A stretch of 64,000 bases of DNA from Lophium mytilinum (GCA_010093605.1 MU004198.1:2726-66725), one strand, 5' to 3'; shown: positions 51,540 to 64,000, numbered from the stretch's first letter. The notes: generated from the sequence alone by a model not told the origin. Numbers and translations are program-made.

Positions 51540-51755
51540 CTTCGTACTCAGAAAGATAGACTCATCTCACAACAACGACCCTCTCTTTCACACGTCGACA
51601 AAGTCTCCTCAATTTTCCATCTGCACCTCCAGCGTTCGTACTCATAACAATAGACCCATCTCACTACCGACCCTCTCTTTCATACGTCGACAAAGTCTCA
51701 ATCGTTTTCCCATCTCACAGCAACAACCCTCTCTTTCACACGGCGACAAGTCTTC
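51540..51755. repeat. Three imperfect direct repeats just upstream of the 51848 ATG
   Basis: Core CATCTCAC..ACCCTCTCTTTCAYACGKCGACAA(A)GTCT at ~51564, ~51657 and ~51711. Confidence 0.85.
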
Positions 51756-51847
51756 CCACCCACGCACAGTGACGAGGACTCTTCTTTCTCGCAGCTGCAC
51801 CCCTAGCCTTTGTACTTAGAACGATAAACCAACCTCACCAACTCGAC

Positions 51848-53400
51848 ATGGCGGCCGACATGAGTTGGCTCCAAACGTCGAAAGAGACCGTCGAATGGAA
51901 CTGGGAGCTCGAGAGGACGGTGTACTCGAAAAGCAAAGAGAAGGACCGGGTCCGAGACGTCGTCATCAAGTATGGGCCAATGCCACGCAACTGGCTCGTT
52001 ATGCTAGATAGCGAGTACCTGACCGGAGACGAGGAGATGGTCTGCTCGGTGATTGCACCCTGGCATAACCATGCGCCCGCCAACCGCAGGGAGCAGTATC
52101 GGAAATCTATTGCGATGCATCCAAGGAGCCCAGAAGCCGGCATCAAGTACCCAGGAGGGATGTTCCTGCGGGAGCAACTCCCACCCAGTCTCTTTGGAGA
52201 CATCTTCTCGCGCCCAGTAGAATTTAATTACAAAACCTCTGTCTGGATTAGAGCGCGTTCTAACCTTGGAGCACTCTACAATGGTTACGTCACATCTTGT
52301 GACACTACCGACGACAAGCTCTCATTGCCCAAGTACAACAGCTCCTCAACTCCGGCATCTCTGCGACTGACATATTGCACGACTACATTGAGAACCCGGC
52401 GGATACTGCCTGGATGCCGATGGTGCCAAAGGAGCTGGATATGGCTGTAGCCAGCCGGAAACTGGGCAGATCACTTGTCATCGTACAGCCTGTTCGCACC
52501 CCCGGCCCTCGCGGAATCCCAAGGGGTATCCCAGAGATCGACCAGCTTGACGTCAACAAGCGTACTGCCCTTGTAGCACGTTACGCTATTGGACGAAACC
52601 AAGATCTGTACGAGCCAATGGTTATTGGCAGATACATGGGCACCTGGTATAGTATCTCGACGAAGGATAGCGCCGCCGTACGCCAGAAGCACCACCAGGC
52701 ATTGAACTGGGAGTCGCAGTGGCATCGCCTTCGCGGTAAGGGATTCAAGTTGAACATGCTCGGTCTGCAAATGGTGTGCATTTATATTCGCCACTTGGTG
52801 CGTTCTAAGCTGAAAATCAGCAATTTGGATGCGGCCATTCTAACGTTCGGTCATCTACCCACGACTGAAGCAAGGCTCCACGGCTGCCAGGAGGAAGGAT
52901 CGGTGATGACGACACGATGGCTCAACAGAGCAATGCCGTACGTTCCGAAGCAGGCGAAGCGGTTTGCGATCAACGTAGATCGCATGTGGGAGGTCATCGG
53001 CGTGCTGTTGCTGCTGGAGAACAAGCACGAAAAGGTGGCACATTTGATGGCAGAAGGATACGTACAGGGGCTGCTTGACGAGAGGGACCGGCTTATGAAG
53101 GATTGCATCTTCGACTACGCGATATGGGAGATCGTAAGTACAACCTTGAGTTCTTCGAATATCATGTTAACCACTTGACTTATAGGACGACACAGACGGC
53201 CAGATCAACGACATCCCCAGCGTTCACTTCGAGACCTTTGAGCTCGAATACCCTGAAACTAACGCACTGCAAGATCCGCTTAAAGGCTGGCGGTTCTAGG
53301 AAGAGCCGGTTGTCCCGCCGCCCAAGAGTTAGTTGAGGATGGTGGGCATGGACGTAGAGAGCTTAGATGAGTCCGACCATTACCCTCGCGCTCCCAGATA
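51848..53400 (+). CDS. Hypothetical protein with weak OTU-like segment; exon structure and 3' end uncertain
   Basis: Two overlapping globular ORFs (200 and 267 aa) that can be joined by a short intron or frameshift at ~52284-52318. GTAAGT..TTAAC..TAG intron at ~53134-53185. Confidence 0.55.
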
Positions 53401-54067
53401 GCTGTTGAAGAAGGCGGCCGAAGGGGCTTCTTTAAATACTACTGTAGGAGTGCCCCAAGTAACACATCTTCAGCCAGCCGAAAGGTAGTCCAATTTGCAT
53501 TGTGTCAACCTTTACATGGCGTCTAGATTTTTCAATTCCTGTCAGGGCGCCCCAAACAGTCGCAAAGAGTGGCCAATCCTATGCCTTCATACTCTATGCA
53601 GCAGCGGCACACGCATACTCTCGGGGAGGCCCCAGCCTATGCTCGGTCAAGTTAGTGAATGCCCGTTCGCCTGCTCGTTCGCCGTCATTCTGCTGCAGGT
53701 ACGCGCTCGGAAAGCCATTGTCCACGCCGTATTCAACTTATTGACCGCCTTCTGCTCACGCGCAGCCTGTTGACAGCGAGCTATAAAACCTCCACCTCGC
53801 ACTCTCTACAGCTGTACACCGACAACAAACACCTATAAAGTAGAGCAGCACTAACAGCACCAAAGTTGGCACTCAATAGAGTCTCGGACAATCTCTTCGG
53901 GTAAGCTTTGGATTTACTTGGACTTCTACGTATTGGGAGCTAACGATGGATAGGTCTCCTCAACTCCCTCAACCCACCAACACAACACTCTTCTCTCGTT
54001 CACTCTAGAACTAGGTACGACCACCTCAAACAGGACGTTTTCATCATCTCACCTTTTTTAGTCAGTC

Positions 54068-54358
54068 ATGGCTTCACAGCAGTCAACGGGTGCTGCGAGC
54101 AAGGTCCCAGCGGACAAGGCCCAGGCGGGAACCCCAGCGGGCAAGACTACAGGTGGTTTGGCGCCAGGCGGAGCAGGAAAGGGAGGTCCGGGAGGTCAGG
54201 GTGGTGGCCCCCCCAAAAAGAACGATGACGATTCCCCATTGCGACATGACCATGACAAGAGGATCCGCTCGCTCCCCACCACGAAGTGCGCAGGCGAAAA
54301 TTGCGAGGAGAAAGTTCAGGGCGGCCACTACTGCCCCAAATGCGGTTTTCCGAATTGA
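54068..54358 (+). CDS. Small Gly-rich protein with C-terminal zinc-ribbon-like motif
   Basis: 96 aa ending CAGENC..HYCPKCG. TATAAAA at ~53782. Two putative 5'-UTR introns (~53900-53953 and ~54015-54061). Confidence 0.7.
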   Translation: MASQQSTGAASKVPADKAQAGTPAGKTTGGLAPGGAGKGGPGGQGGGPPKKNDDDSPLRHDHDKRIRSLPTTKCAGENCEEKVQGGHYCPKCGFPN

Positions 54359-54814
54359 CGGGGACGGGAACTGCATCATTGGCTAGGTTTCCTTTCTTCT
54401 TGCTCTCAATCACACAGTGAAATAGCTAGGAAGGCTCGTCTATGAACATGGCGAGATGGCAGGGATGCACATCAGAAGTCTTTATCTGAACTAGACATAA
54501 TGACATAAGTTCATGAACCAGTCCTGTATGGCATCAGATTTATGTGAATGCTTGAGGTTTACTTTTCATTATGTAGATCTCACTGTTCGGGCTCCAGCCT
54601 TGCTCACTTGACACCACTGTATGAAGTGCCCCAGCTAGCTTCTTTTCGGCCAGTCAAAAGGTATCACCTCAGCGGTCAAATAAATAATCCGAGTCGGTGC
54701 CGACATCATTGCTGGCGCGTGTTTCTCGTGGTCAAAACACGGCGCGCCTTCCACCTCCACTTCTCCTCCACAACACCGCACCCTCCGCGGACAACACGAC
54801 CTCGCTTCCCGAAC

Positions 54815-56395
54815 ATGGCTGGTAAGTTTCTTAGCTTTATCAAGTACGTGACAGAGTCAAATAACAGTTTGCTAGATTCAAATGATTCAACGGTAGGCTT
54901 CCGCTGGAACGTCTTCTCTACCATCCCCGAGGGCATGGCTTTGCGCACTCGTGCTGAAGCGGCGCTTGGAGACACGAATTGGGATGCTTTGCTTGAGTAT
55001 GCATCGAAACTTCGCGATGGTACCGAATGCAAATTGTTGACGGACATTGGTATGGGCGCCAACCACATGATCCGTGTCATCGAGTTCGACGATGGCAAGC
55101 GCTGGGTTGCTCGCGTACATATGCCATACAGCATGTACGATGGCAGCATCAAGATGGTCTGGGATGATGCGAAGGAAACCTTCGACAACGAGGTGGTCAT
55201 TCTCAACCTCATTCGGGAATCTTCCAACATTCCCGTGCCTGCGATCTACGCTCATGAAACCGCTGATACGGTGGGCGTTCAGGCTCCATTCATTCTCATG
55301 GAGTGCGTGGAAGGCAACGTAGGAACAGATATCTTTGATGACAAGACGTTTGAGGCATTCCCAGATGAGCGAAAAGACACCCTCTTCGACAGCGTTGCCG
55401 AAGTTCATGTAAGTGTCTCTATTCTTTCAAGACAACGAAAGAATCTAACATCACTCTCGCTATAGGTCGGCCTATCAACTGTCTTGTTACCCAAGATAGG
55501 CACCGTGATTGGTAGGAACGAGGATGGAACGTACATCCAAGGACCAATCTATCCCATTGGCGGCCCTTTCGATACGGCAACCGAGTTCTTCCAAGCCTGG
55601 GCTAAGAACATGCCGTTTTGCAACCTAGCACACATGCCCCGTCTACTAGCTAAAGGTGGGAGGTCTGCAGAGATCCCCGCATCAATCGAAGCATTCCGAG
55701 CGGCCATCCAAGAGCTAGCCAGTAAGATATCCGTCTGCGACAAAGGTCCGTTCCCGATCTGGCACAATGATTGCGGCAACAACAACATCATCATGGACGA
55801 CAACTTTGCTGTGCTGGGCGTCATTGACTGGGAAATGGCCTACGCTGCACCATGGGAAGTTTTCGGAGACTATCCACGATTCATTGAAAGCGTTCCTCGG
55901 GCGATGGATTCACCACAATTCTGGGATGAGTCTGGCAATCCTGCAACTGCGCGGGGCAGAATGGACGCTGCACACCAGAAACAATACCTCGCAGCCGTCA
56001 TTCGAGCGGAAGCAAAGCGAGGACTTACCTTGGATAATCACTTGCATCTTCTTTCCGCAGCGCTCCAAGACACCAAGAGACATGCGGTGGCAAAAGCAAT
56101 GTGGCTTTTCGATGATGGCAAATTAGCTTGCTATCACCTCGTCACTGAAGAGTTTGCTCAGAGTCTCCTGGAAGAACCTAAGGTCAGCGGCGTTAGTCAG
56201 GATGTTACCACCGCATCGTCCAGCGTCACGAATCCGAGCCCGACGAAGAAGAAGAGGAAGCCCCTCGGAGCCATCGTCAATGAACAGCCTACATTTGCGA
56301 GGGACATCAAAGTCCAGGAGACTACCAAGTCCAAGACTCCTGAACCCACGGCTAGCTACAGCAAAGAGAACACTCCCTCCTCCGGTACCGATTGA
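54815..56395 (+). CDS. APH/choline-kinase-like phosphotransferase (tandem copy 1)
   Basis: GMGANH, WVARV, IPVPAIY, FILME, HNDCGNNN, VIDWE. Introns 54822-54875 and 55409-55465. Confidence 0.9.
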
Positions 56396-56715
56396 GCCCG
56401 GTTCTAAATGACCGCATTGTATATCACCATTGGAGTTCAAGGCGTCTATCAACCGATTTAGATACCCTTAGAATTTGACACTTTCCATGGTAGTCTGCCT
56501 TAGAAATGCTTGGATAGAACTTAATGACACTGTCCTCAGGATTGGCCTTGATCTCTATGAGTGATCTCGTTTGTCTTAAAACCTAACATCCCTAGGCGGA
56601 AATTTCAAAGTTGCCCAGCTATGGTGAATTGATACGAGTGCACAACGTAAAGTAGGGACCTCACATCATCATCTATCTACATCGACACACCTTTGACATC
56701 ATACAACATCTAATC

Positions 56716-58098
56716 ATGGCGGACGTCGCGCCAGGTACGCCTACATCTACCTCTTTAGGAGTGGGTATTAAAGCTAATACTTCATACAGGCTCGCCTCAG
56801 TCTCCGGAAGACTCGTCCGCCTTCTCAGGCTACAAATGGACCGCAATAGAATCACTAGACCCGGAAAATTTCTCCGAAGCCCTCGCCCTTCGCTCTCTCG
56901 AGACTGTGGACTGGGACGCCTTGCTCAACTACGCCACGCAGAAGCGCGATGGCGTCCCCTGCAGCCTCTTTCCCGATAACATCGCCATGGGCGGCTCCCA
57001 ACTCGTCCGACTCATCCAATTCGAAGACCAGAAGCAGTGGATAGCCAAGCTCCGCATGCCTTCCAGCGAGCTTTGCGACGAGCCCTATGGCATCCAGTGG
57101 TCCCTGGCGGGGGGAAACACACTATGTGAGGTCGCAATCAACGCGCTCCTGCGCGAGCGTACCTCCATTCCTGTTCCTGAGATATACGCCTACGAGATGG
57201 AAGATGAGTATGGCGTGCACGCGCCTTTCATGCTCATGGAGGCGATGGAGGGGAATACCGTTCCCGACCTGACCGGAACTCCAGGTGTGCCCGAAGAGCA
57301 TTTCGCAGATTTCATGGAGAGGATTGCGGAGATTCACGTACGTCCTCATCGCCATGGGATGAAGTCAACACGAACCCTGACTTGCGTTACTAGGTCGAAC
57401 TCTCCCAGCTCCAAATGCCTGAGATAGGAGCCATCGCCAGCAAAGACCCAGACGGCACATACACCCAAGCCCCCACCTGGTTCGGCGGTCCCTACTCAAC
57501 CGCAACATCCTTCTTCCACGCCTGGGCCGCCGCCCACCGCACCTACGCCCTCTCCGAAACGAAGATCCGCGCCTGCGCGCCCCCAGAATACGGCGACGCG
57601 CTCGTGGAATCGGCGAAGAACTTCCCCGCCGCCATTCAAGAACTCGCGCCTAAGATCTCTGCCCGTGATAGCGGCCCTTTTCCGATTCACCACCCAGACT
57701 TGGGCACATGGAACATCCTCGTCGACGACAATTTCAAATTGGTTGGTATAATAGATTGGGACGCGGCATTTGCGGCTCCCTGGGAAGTGTTTGCGCAATT
57801 TCCGTTGTTCATATATGGCGTACCGAGACAGCTGGACTACCCGGGGTGGTACGATGATAAGGGGAATCCTACGGACCCAGAGATCATCGAGAAATATGAG
57901 AAGAGGAAGCGGTACATTGACGCTGTGAAGCGGGCGGAGGACAAGATGGGGATGGGTGGGGATGGGGAGGGGTATTTGCTTTCGGTGGCTCTGGAGGACA
58001 CCCAGAGGCGCGATATTGGGGCTGCTATGCATATCTTCTCCGATGCGGCTAGGCCGGGCTTCTTTATGAAGCTAATGGAGGAGCTGGATCTGGGATGA
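56716..58098 (+). CDS. APH/choline-kinase-like phosphotransferase (tandem copy 2)
   Basis: AMGGSQ, WIAKL, IPVPEIY, FMLME, HPDLGTWN, IIDWD. Introns 56735-56789 and 57338-57393. Confidence 0.9.
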
Positions 58099-60575
58099 GT
58101 TGAGCTTCTTGAGCGGGGAAGAACGTAAGGCATTCTTCGTATGTCCGAATATTCGTATATCTCTTTTTCCTCCTCGGAATATCCACTGTATGCGTTTCTT
58201 ATCTTCAGGGCACGTTCATGTGACCTTGCACGTGCCAACTCTCTCTCCTTCTTTCTTTGGGTATAAAGTGCCCCAACCTCCATCGCTTTCCTTCGCCAGG
58301 AACTGAAGCGGAGGAGCCATTGGAAGAACGCCTGGGACGGTGCCTGAGAAAGATTGGCAGGTGATATTAATGATGGTGCTGGGAGGATCAACTAGGCGAC
58401 TCTTTTTATCCAATGGCTCGGAGGTGGGAAGCGTGGCTAACCACTATACTTTGAAAAGAGTGATAATGATACGCATCCCCATCCACCGCTAACGAAGCGC
58501 AGCAAATCAATAACGTAGAAATTGAAATCGAAACAGGCAACTGGCGAGCTCCACCAGCAACTTACACGCGCGTCCCATCACAAACACACCATTTTCGTTT
58601 TCCAACCACCACCGCGAGCCTCCATGCGTTGTCGCGGAACATCATTTTCGCAACCAAACCCAGACAGCAGGCATTGCCTGCTCCTCTGTCTCGTATTGCT
58701 TCCTTCAACCTCCAGAAGGATGTCTGTCCAAGAACCCGCGTCTGTCGCTGCTCGCTCCTTTTTTATACCGAAACTTAGGGAGGGCAGGGGTTAGATAGCA
58801 CGTGACCCCCACATGCTTTTGTAAATAACCTTGAGCTTAGAAGAGATGTGGTAGGGAAGCAAGACGGTGAGGGAGATGCTGAGTGCAGTCCAAAAGGGTC
58901 TACGCCTTCCTGAATACCTCCGCCTCACAAGTTTACTGCTAAAACACGCCCCGACCTAAAGCGGCAAGTGTTGGGTAAAGAAACCTTTGCAAATTAGATA
59001 TAAGCATGGAGAGGGAGTCTGTTCTTTGGCGCGTTTGGATCTGTGTCTCGGCAGTTTCAGAAACGCCAAGACACTGATTTCTTCTCTGGATTTGATACTT
59101 TGCAGCGGAATGGAGGCTACGGATTAAGGTAGGGAGCGTGTTGCGGGAGAGATATAGGCGGAGGAGATGGAGAAGATGGACGAGTTGGGAAGAAGGGAAA
59201 TAAAACAGTAGGCACGCGTTTGAAAGGATATTGGAAGTAGACAAAAATGCACGCAGGACATTAGATGGAGACGAAAGATACCAGGCGCCCTTGCCCGCAA
59301 CCAGGCACCGAAAGCAATGCCCTCGTCGCAGCAACAACTCTCCCATTCCGTGTTCACGCACGGAAAATCTGCTTGTAGTATATGCAACTCGTAATTCAAA
59401 CCCTAGTAGTGTGTCCACGCTAAATGCTACCCCATCCCATGCAGATGCTAATGCAGAAATATGCTCCCTGACTCCCGAAAACCCTTCCAATTCAATGCAC
59501 ACTCCGCCCAATGAAAGGCGCCCGAACCAAACCCGTAAAACGACAAAAGAGAAAAAATCCCAGCCCAACCAGAACATCAATGTCGGGAGGACAGCCCAAC
59601 CCTCCTCGAAGCGCTAAAACCTGCCTCATCAGGCGAAACCGAAACATCGCAAAGTGGATATTCGCGTCCTCCCAAACTCACACATGTGCCAGAAAATCGG
59701 GAAGAAATAAACGCCCTACCCGCACCGCACTCTTAGATTGACAAAGAAAATTCTCTCTTCCCCTCGACCTCGCTTCTCGAGATCCCAAATCGGACCGAGA
59801 ATCCCCTCACTCTCTTGTTTCGCTTGCGTGCTCTCTTTTCTCACCGCCCACTGCCGTCTCGGCACGCCGGCCGGCACCTGCCGCTCCACCCACCGCGACG
59901 CCAAGCCACACAGAAAATCTTAGGTAATCCAGCGGATTCGAAACACCGACGCGCGCGTCCGGTTCGCGCTGGGGCCGCCGATGGATGAAGGGAAGGCAGG
60001 GCAGGGCGGAAGACGGCTCCCGCCGCGGGATGACGCGGGATTCTTCTAGCTTCGTTGGCATATGGAGGTCATGCCACCTGCTGTGCAGTGTGCGCTGTCC
60101 TGGCCAAGGTTGTGTTGCAAAACGCAAGGCTAGCCTTATTCAGCCCAAGACGCAGGAACGGGCGATTGGAGGTCCGGTTAAAGTTGTGTGCGGAGGAATG
60201 GTGGGGGCGACCTTCTAGAAGCTGGCAAGCGCGAAATCCTCCACTCTTGATTTCTCGAGATGACAGATGTCATGTCATCTCGTGAGGTGGCCTTTTCCGA
60301 TTTATCCAAAGCCTGGGAGTTGAAGGCATCCAAAGCGATGCCTACTGCGGCGGAGAAAGCGCTCGCAGGATCGTCGCTAGGGAAGTACCAAGGCATAGGT
60401 TCGTACCTAGGTCATAGTCCGCGTCGAGAGTGGAGGTGGACCCTTGCAGCTCAAAACTGCGGGGCTTGCATCACCTGCATTCCGGCGCGCAGGTCATGTC
60501 GCACGAGCAGTCCCAACAGTGCAACGTGGCATCTGCATCCGAATCCTTCTCTTTCGGGCGGGATGAGGGCGGCGA

Positions 60576-62030
60576 TCACAGCTCCTCGGCCAGCATGCCC
60601 ACCCACCGCGCCGGCACACCGCCATCCGCGTCCACAGCCTCTGCTCTCCCGCTCGTCTTGCGGGGTGGCAGCCAAACCCGCGCTCGGCCAGCGGCTTTGG
60701 CGTCGAGTTTTCCGCCGCGCCGCATGTTCATCTCGAGCACGATAACGCGGAGGAAGTCGCCGTTTTCGCGGGGTTCGCGCTGGCGGACTGCTGGGGTCGG
60801 CAGGGGGGCGCGGCGGTCTTCGGGGAGCGATCCGGTGCTGCCGCGGCGTTTGCGGGACGTGGAGCGGGAGCGGTCGTAGGTTTGCATCTGAATCATCGGC
60901 GGGAGGGAGTCGGCGTCGTCCGCGTCGAGGCCGTCGTGGAACTGCATCGACAGCTCGGTGGGGGAGATCGGGGTCGGTTGGGGATTCAGATATCGGCGGA
61001 GGGCCGGGGTAGGTAGGCCTTGGAGTGGTTTGGGGCGCATCTCGCTCGTGAACCGGGGGGAGAGGAGGGAGCGGGTGAGAAGGTCGTCTGGGGGGACGCT
61101 GGGGGCTGTGAAGTTGGAGAAGGATTTGGCTGCGGATTTGAGGGCTTGAAGCGATGCTGTGAGGTTCGATTTGAACGTCTTGAAGCGCAGCGTGGATGGT
61201 TGAGACTCTGGGGAAATGTTCGTGATGTTGATTTTTGCAATCTCCTCGTACTCGTCGGAGCTGAAGTGGAGCAGCGGATGGTCGAGCACACACTCTTCCT
61301 TTGGCGGAGACTGGATGTACTTCTCCTTGCGCTCTACGCCGTTCTTCCTGGCCGAATAATTAGGCGTGGGCGCGGAGTTCCATGAAGATGCTACCGACTG
61401 CTCGTCTCCCTCCAGTGATGGCACAGACGGTATGGACTCGCTCGAGACGGATCTCGACGACATGAAGTCCTGGTCTTGCTCCGGGCTTCCCAGGCTGCCC
61501 GGCTCGTCTTCCTCGCATTCATCCGGCGGTTCCAGCAGCAGGTCCAGATATGAGTTCACGCTGGGACTGCCACTGTCCACGTCCTCTCTCCTCCATTCCT
61601 GGATCAGCTCGTCTATCGATATGCGTCTATCACTCGTGGTAGTCTTGCGTCGTCGATTCGGCCGGGGAGGTATCGCAGTGACTGCGAGCAAGGCTGCGAC
61701 TGCCGGGGGGATAGCATTCGGTTTGTGATCGTCGGAGATTTTCTGCCTCCTGCCGCCATTCTGTCCTCTCGCCCTCACAGTCTGCGTAGAGATCGACGTC
61801 CTGGTTGGAGTCCTCGGGGGGATGACGACGGGCTTCGAGTGCGGCGCAGGATCCGAAGCCATCCTGGCGGGTATTGGTTTGTAGCTTGCTCTCGTCGGCA
61901 CTGGTGATGAAGAGACTCGCGAGGGCACGAAGGCGGGTCCTGTGGAAGTGGCGCCCATCTTCTTCTCGTCCTGGGGGTGGTCGGGTGAGGCGGACCGCTG
62001 GAGCAGGCGATAGGACCTTGGCACCATCAT
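60576..62030 (-). CDS. Conserved fungal hypothetical protein, Ser/Pro-rich
   Basis: ~485-aa ORF with IPPAVAALLAVTAIP, FKSNLTASLQALKSAA and RQREPRENGDFLRVIVLEMNMRR.GKL..WLPPR blocks that look conserved. Confidence 0.85.
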   Translation of the reverse strand: MMVPRSYRLLQRSASPDHPQDEKKMGATSTGPAFVPSRVSSSPVPTRASYKPIPARMASDPAPHSKPVVIPPRTPTRTSISTQTVRARGQNGGRRQKISDDHKPNAIPPAVAALLAVTAIPPRPNRRRKTTTSDRRISIDELIQEWRREDVDSGSPSVNSYLDLLLEPPDECEEDEPGSLGSPEQDQDFMSSRSVSSESIPSVPSLEGDEQSVASSWNSAPTPNYSARKNGVERKEKYIQSPPKEECVLDHPLLHFSSDEYEEIAKINITNISPESQPSTLRFKTFKSNLTASLQALKSAAKSFSNFTAPSVPPDDLLTRSLLSPRFTSEMRPKPLQGLPTPALRRYLNPQPTPISPTELSMQFHDGLDADDADSLPPMIQMQTYDRSRSTSRKRRGSTGSLPEDRRAPLPTPAVRQREPRENGDFLRVIVLEMNMRRGGKLDAKAAGRARVWLPPRKTSGRAEAVDADGGVPARWVGMLAEEL

Positions 62031-64000
62031 GGTGAACCGCTGGGTAGGCTCCACTCCTCGTACGGAACGTGACAAACGTGACGGGTGCCGCAGGGCAGGT
62101 CTGGCGCGGTCGGGGACAGGCCTCGCTGCCAGACAAGGTTCGTGACGTTTGGTCGCAGGACGCTGGCGGGTCGCTTTACGTTATTGCCTCGGCGGGATTG
62201 GATGCAGGGCCACAACGGGGTAGCTGAGGTTGACATCGGGCGTCCCAGGGGAAAGGTCGGCTTGGCGAGGCTGTCAGAGTCGTGTGGTGTTGTTTGACGA
62301 AGGACAAAGAGACGTGCTGGTGGGTATATAGGGAGACGACTGAGATGGGGGCAGTGAGACCGAGCGCCAGGCAGGAGATGGGGGAGTTTGGGGGTGATGA
62401 CGGATACGACAAGTCAAAGCCCGATAAGAGACGGGATGCCATCGGCTTTACTCGCTGCCACCTGCCAGCGGTCGCGTGTGCCCTCGGGCGCTCAGGCTGC
62501 CCTCAGGCTGATGTGACTCTGCAGCGCCTGCCCGGCCTTCGCCTTGCACGCTGCAGCGGCCGCCCATTCCGGCTGGACGAGGCAGAAAATAGCGCTCCTT
62601 GCGGTTCTTCGGGGGCGTGCTGTCCCTGTCGCCGGCATCCCGAACGACTGGCTTCAGATCTGACGCGCGAATAACGCCGCCTCCAATTGGCCCTCTCCCA
62701 CATGCCTAAGTAGGGCTGATCTCCTTACAAGGGACGCTATGTCTGCATCATTCCACGCCCACGCTGCCTCTCCAAATTACAAAGGGTGCGGCCGAGTGCA
62801 TATTCCGGTTACGTAAGCATCTCACCCAAATCTCAAAAGTTGTTTTGCACCACCCACCATCGCTCAATAATTTTACTTGCTTCGAGCAATATCATCAAGA
62901 AGCACCAAAAGATACTTCTAGCAATTTAGATTGCATCTGGTCGCGGTAATTGTCGTGGTGTAGCTCTTCTGAAACACCAAAATCTGGTGGTTTTGATGTT
63001 CCTCGCCTCGCGTAGCTGGTGGAGATCGGAATGTACACTCGGCCGCACCCTTTGTAACAGCGCAGGCGGTGAGGATGAAGTCTCTGCATCAGTCGTGTGC
63101 GGCTTCAACAGGCCAGCCAGCACAGCACCCGTCTGCGCATCTTGCATCTTGCATCCTCCGGCCAATTTATGTCTTCAGCTGCAGACGCAGGCCAGGTCAC
63201 ACCCCCCGTGCCATAGGGCCTCTCAGCTGCCTCAAGCTTATCTCGCCCAGCATCTTCGGGCCTGCCGCTGCATCATGCGCGCCAGCAAGTCGTGCAGCAA
63301 GCCGGTCGACTTCCGCCAGCCCCTTGCGAGGCGCGACCTTACCCCACAGCAACACCATACTGTAAACAGGCTGCCTATCCTGTAGAAATCCGGGGGAAGT
63401 GATAGGCGCGCCAAACACCCTGCGATAAGCATTTTCCACAGCCGCCGTTCCCGACCCTCCCGGGCGAGCTTGCCTTGACTGAGACTGAGTAAGAAAGATA
63501 ATAATATGAGCGTGGCTCCACCAGAATTGATTGCACTGTGACTGCTGAGCGGAAGCGACTCCGTCCCGCACGTATTTATGCTCACCGTTCACGATCCCGC
63601 GTATAAGCATATTTGTTTTGAACATGATGTCTCGCTGCATACGCCACCGATCCGCGTGGGAATCGAGCGCCGGAGCAGTGATTCGAGCCCTGCGAGCCCA
63701 CTAGAAGATCAGACGGCAGGGGGTGTACGTGGGGTGTACGTAGAGTGAAATAGGGGTGTATAGTTGTCCCAAAAATGAAATTCAAGCCAAATCCGACCAC
63801 CACACCACTTCCAATCGATCCCAAGGTACTGTAAGAGGCTGTGCGGCATCCGCTGAGACGTCCCCCGGTGTCCATTTTGTGAATAGACCTCTTTTTTCGA
63901 AAATCGTCCATTTTGGCCGAAAATCGACATTCCACAACATGATCCAATTGCCCTGAAACCTTCGCTGTGCAGTCCTTGCGGTCTGAAAAGGCGGCCTCTG

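Noticed and set aside
51540..51755. CRISPR-like array
   Set aside because: Eukaryotic context, irregular spacing, non-unique spacers and no cas genes.
59575..59640. CTGATGA on the - strand as a hammerhead core or C box
   Set aside because: No GAAA after stem II and no suitably placed CTGA D box.
58939..60400. 100-213 aa ORFs in the intergenic region
   Set aside because: Low-complexity, UTR-like composition with no motifs.

Overview
Eukaryotic DNA from a filamentous ascomycete (Pezizomycotina): short spliceosomal introns with CTAAC branch points and AT-rich, RIP-mutated blocks. 1-5750 is RIP-degraded repeat DNA with an assembly gap at 3057-3730. It runs into a HET-domain gene destroyed at its 5' end and only lightly hit at its 3' end. 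7-40 kb looks accessory: two cytochrome P450s, two paralogous kinase-like genes lacking the catalytic Asp, a membrane-anchored fucose-lectin-like gene, a complete RIP-inactivated hAT transposon (21-bp TIRs, 8-bp TSD) inserted in a DUF7580-like pseudogene, a secreted DUF5648-like protein, a 2OG-Fe(II) oxygenase, IBA57, a frameshifted NAD(P)-binding gene, a BYS1-like secreted protein with a relic copy, and a 759-aa unknown. 40-49 kb is a housekeeping block (DCN1, MVP1, palH/RIM21). It is followed by a GRE2-like reductase, an OTU-like unknown, a small zinc-ribbon protein, two tandem APH-like phosphotransferases and a conserved hypothetical gene. The most intriguing features are a 1163-nt hairpin-dense DCN1 intron (candidate ncRNA host), the Asp-less kinase pair, and the de-RIP-able HET gene. 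All family assignments come from motif recognition by eye; no database search was run.
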